A DNA stretch of 63,982 bases, the filler included, from Raillietiella orientalis (Eukaryota): assembly GCA_036172245.1 (NCBI GenBank). It is 4 parts of 4 records of this genome, joined end to end, with 100 filler letters (N's around TTAATTAATTAA, not from the genome) between each part and the next. Parts side by side here need not be neighbours in the genome. Positions count along the whole stretch, not along the records: positions 58,551 to 63,982 come from JAYWIR010000322.1; 3 more parts are not named here. One strand, 5' to 3'. Shown piece by piece: positions 61,501 through 63,982 of the stretch. The translations under genes and the position numbers were made by a program. Each line of letters starts with the position of its first letter. The stretch's first letter is position 1. The notes below the pieces were generated by a model. The model had not been told where the DNA came from and did not search any database. It saw only the letters and a program-made list of their open reading frames with translations.

Positions 61501-63982
61501 ACATTGGAAATAGAGAAGATAGAGGAATTCATTTGATGCATTTTGAAGATTCTATTTCTGTGCTGGAGGACGAAGTGGATTGATTCCAACCATTTTGATG
61601 TCTCAGGATTGCGACCGAATTCATCGGGAAGCGACCATGGTCGTTTTGGTGCAAGTGCGGAGATTTGGACGGAAAACACCACATTGGAAACAGAAAAGAT
61701 AGTTGAATTTTTTTTATGCATTTTGGGGATTCTATTTCTATCCTGGAAGAGGAAGTTGATTGATTCCAACCATTTTGATGTCTCAGGATTGCGACCGAAT
61801 TCATCGGGAAGCGGCCATGGTCGTTTACATGCAAGTGCGGAGATTTGGACGGAAAACACCACATTGGAAATAGAAAACATAGAGGAATTTTTTTGATGCA
61901 TTTTGAAGATTCTATTTCTATGCTGGAAGACGAAGTAGATTGCTTCCAACCATTTTGATGTCTCAGGATTGCTTCCGAATTCATCGGGAACCGGCCATGG
62001 TCGTTTTGGTGCAAGTGCGGAGATTTGGACGGAAAACACCACATTGGAAATAGAAAAGATAGAGGAATCTGTTCGATGCACTTTGAAGATTCTATTTCTA
62101 TGCTGGAAGTGGAAGTAGACAGCTTCCAACCATTTTGAGGTCTCAAGATTTCGACCGAATTTTTCGGGAACCGGCCATGGTCGTTTTGGTGCAAGTGCGG
62201 AGATTTGGACGGAAAATACCACAATGGAAGTAGAAAAGATAGAGGAATTTCTTTGATGCATTTTGAAGATTCTATTTCTATGCTGGAAGTGGAAGTAGAC
62301 AGCTTCCAACCATTTTGAGGTCTCATGATTTCGACCGAATTCTTCGGGAACCGGCCATGGTCGTTTTCGTGCAAGTGCGGAGATTTGGACGGAAAGCATC
62401 ACATTGGAAATAGAAAAGATAGAGGAATTTCTTTGATGCATTTTGAAGATTCTATTTCTATGCTGGAAGTGGAAGTAGACAGCTTCCAACCATTTTCATG
62501 TCTCAGGATTGCGACCGAATTCATCCGGAAACGGCCATGGTCGTGTTGGTGCAAGTGCGAAGATTTGGACGGAAAACACCACATTAAAAATAGAAAACAT
62601 AGAGGAATTTTTGTGATGCATTTTGATGATTCTTTTTTTGTGCTGGAAGACGAAGTAGATTGATTCCAACCATTTTGATGTCTCAGGATATCGACCGAAT
62701 TCATCGGGAACCGACCATGGTCGTTTTGGTGCTAGTGCGAAGATTTGGAAGGAAAACCCCACATTAGAAATAGAAAAGATAGAGGAATTTTTTGGATGCA
62801 CTTTGAAGATTCTATTTCTCTGCTGGAAGTGGAAGTAGATTGCTTCCAACCATTTTGAGGTCTCAGGATTGCGACCGAATTCATCGGGAAGCGGCCATGG
62901 TCGTTTACATGCAAGTGCGGAGATTTGAACGGAAAACACCACATTGGAATTAGAAAACACAGAGGAATTTGTTTGATGCACTTTGATGATTTTATCTCTA
63001 TGCTGGGAGTGGAAGTAGATGGCTTCCAACCATTTTGAGGTCTCAGGATTGCGAGCGAATTCATCGAGAAGCGGCCATGGTCGTTTTGGTGCAAGTGCGA
63101 AGATTTGGACGGAAAACACCACATTGGAAATAGAAAACATAGAGGAATTTCTGTGATGCATTTTGAAGATTCTATTTCTATGCTGGAAGACGAAGTAGAT
63201 TGATTCCAACCATTTCGATGTCTCAGGATTGCGACCGAATTCATCGGGAACCGGCCATGGTCGTTTTGGTGCAAGTGCGAAGATTTGGACGGAAAACACC
63301 ATAATGGAAATAGAAAACATAGAGGAATTTTTGTGATGCACTTTCAAGATTCTATTTCTGTGCTGGAAGTCGAAGTGGATTGATTCCAACCATTTTGATG
63401 TCTCAGGATTGCGACCGAAATTATCGGGAACCGGCCATGGTCGTTTAGGTACAAGTGCGGAGATTTGGACGGAAAACACCACATTGGAAATAGAAAAGAT
63501 AGAGGAATTTTTTGGATGAACTTTAAAGATTCTATTTCTATGCTGGGAGTGGAAGTAGATTGCTTGCAGCCATTTTGAGGTCTCACGATTGCGGCCGAAT
63601 TCATCGGGAAGCGACCATGGTCGTTTTGGTGCAAGTGCGAAGATTTAAACGGAACACACCACATTGGAAATAGAGAAGATAGAGGAATTCATTTGATGCA
63701 TTTTGAAGATTCTATTTCTGTGCTGGAGGACGAAGTGGATTGATTCCAACCATTTTGATGTCTCAGGATTGCGACCGAATTCATCGGGAAGCGACCATGG
63801 TCGTTTTGGTGCAAGTGCGGAGATTTGGACGGAAAACACCACATTGGAAACAGAAAAGATAGTTGAATTTTTTTTATGCATTTTGGGGATTCTATTTCTA
63901 TGCTGGAAGAGGAAGTTGATTGATTCCAACCATTTTGATGTCTCAGGATTGCGACCGAATTCATCGGGAAGCGGCCATGGTC
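58551..63982. repeat. 180-bp tandem satellite, about 30 monomers, continuing past the window end
   Basis: The sequence stays in exact register every three 60-nt lines throughout. Confidence 0.99.

Noticed and set aside
58799..63964. Long minus-strand ORFs (up to 471 aa) with 60-aa repeats
   Set aside because: The 180-bp period is divisible by 3, two frames are similarly open, and stops appear sporadically. This is a by-product of the satellite, not evidence of a gene.
20504..63982. CRISPR-like regular repeats
   Set aside because: Whole monomers repeat, with no unique spacers and no cas genes; the context is eukaryotic.

Overview
Eukaryotic, repeat-only window with no supportable host protein-coding or RNA gene. 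It is four unlinked pieces joined by 100-bp artificial spacers (44 N + TTAATTAATTAA + 44 N). Piece 1 (1-20403) is wall-to-wall decayed L1/Tx1-type non-LTR retrotransposons (CCHC ORF1; APE-RT-zinc-finger ORF2): six copies, here called A1, B, C, A2, D and E. They form a Russian-doll nest: B sits in A1 with a perfect 15-bp TSD, and A1 in C, C in A2 and A2 in D are inferred, with E abutting D head-to-tail. The family shows recurrent features: a compact endonuclease, an insertion before RT motif A, a stop-start overlap between ORF1 and ORF2, a shared 5' motif, and AATAAA+hairpin 3' ends. Piece 2 (20504-39722) is about 44 copies of a 278-bp satellite running into AT-rich DNA with relics of the same LINE families. 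Piece 3 (39823-58450) is about 67 copies of the same satellite family in the opposite orientation, with an embedded 277-bp subfamily and dimer and ~20-mer higher-order duplications. Piece 4 (58551-63982) is an indel-free 180-bp satellite with a 12-mer higher-order repeat. The overall picture is (peri)centromeric heterochromatin (inference). Most ORF-track entries are repeat artefacts. I did not find a clearly new multi-gene system; the best novelty candidates are the LINE lineage's architecture and its self-nesting.
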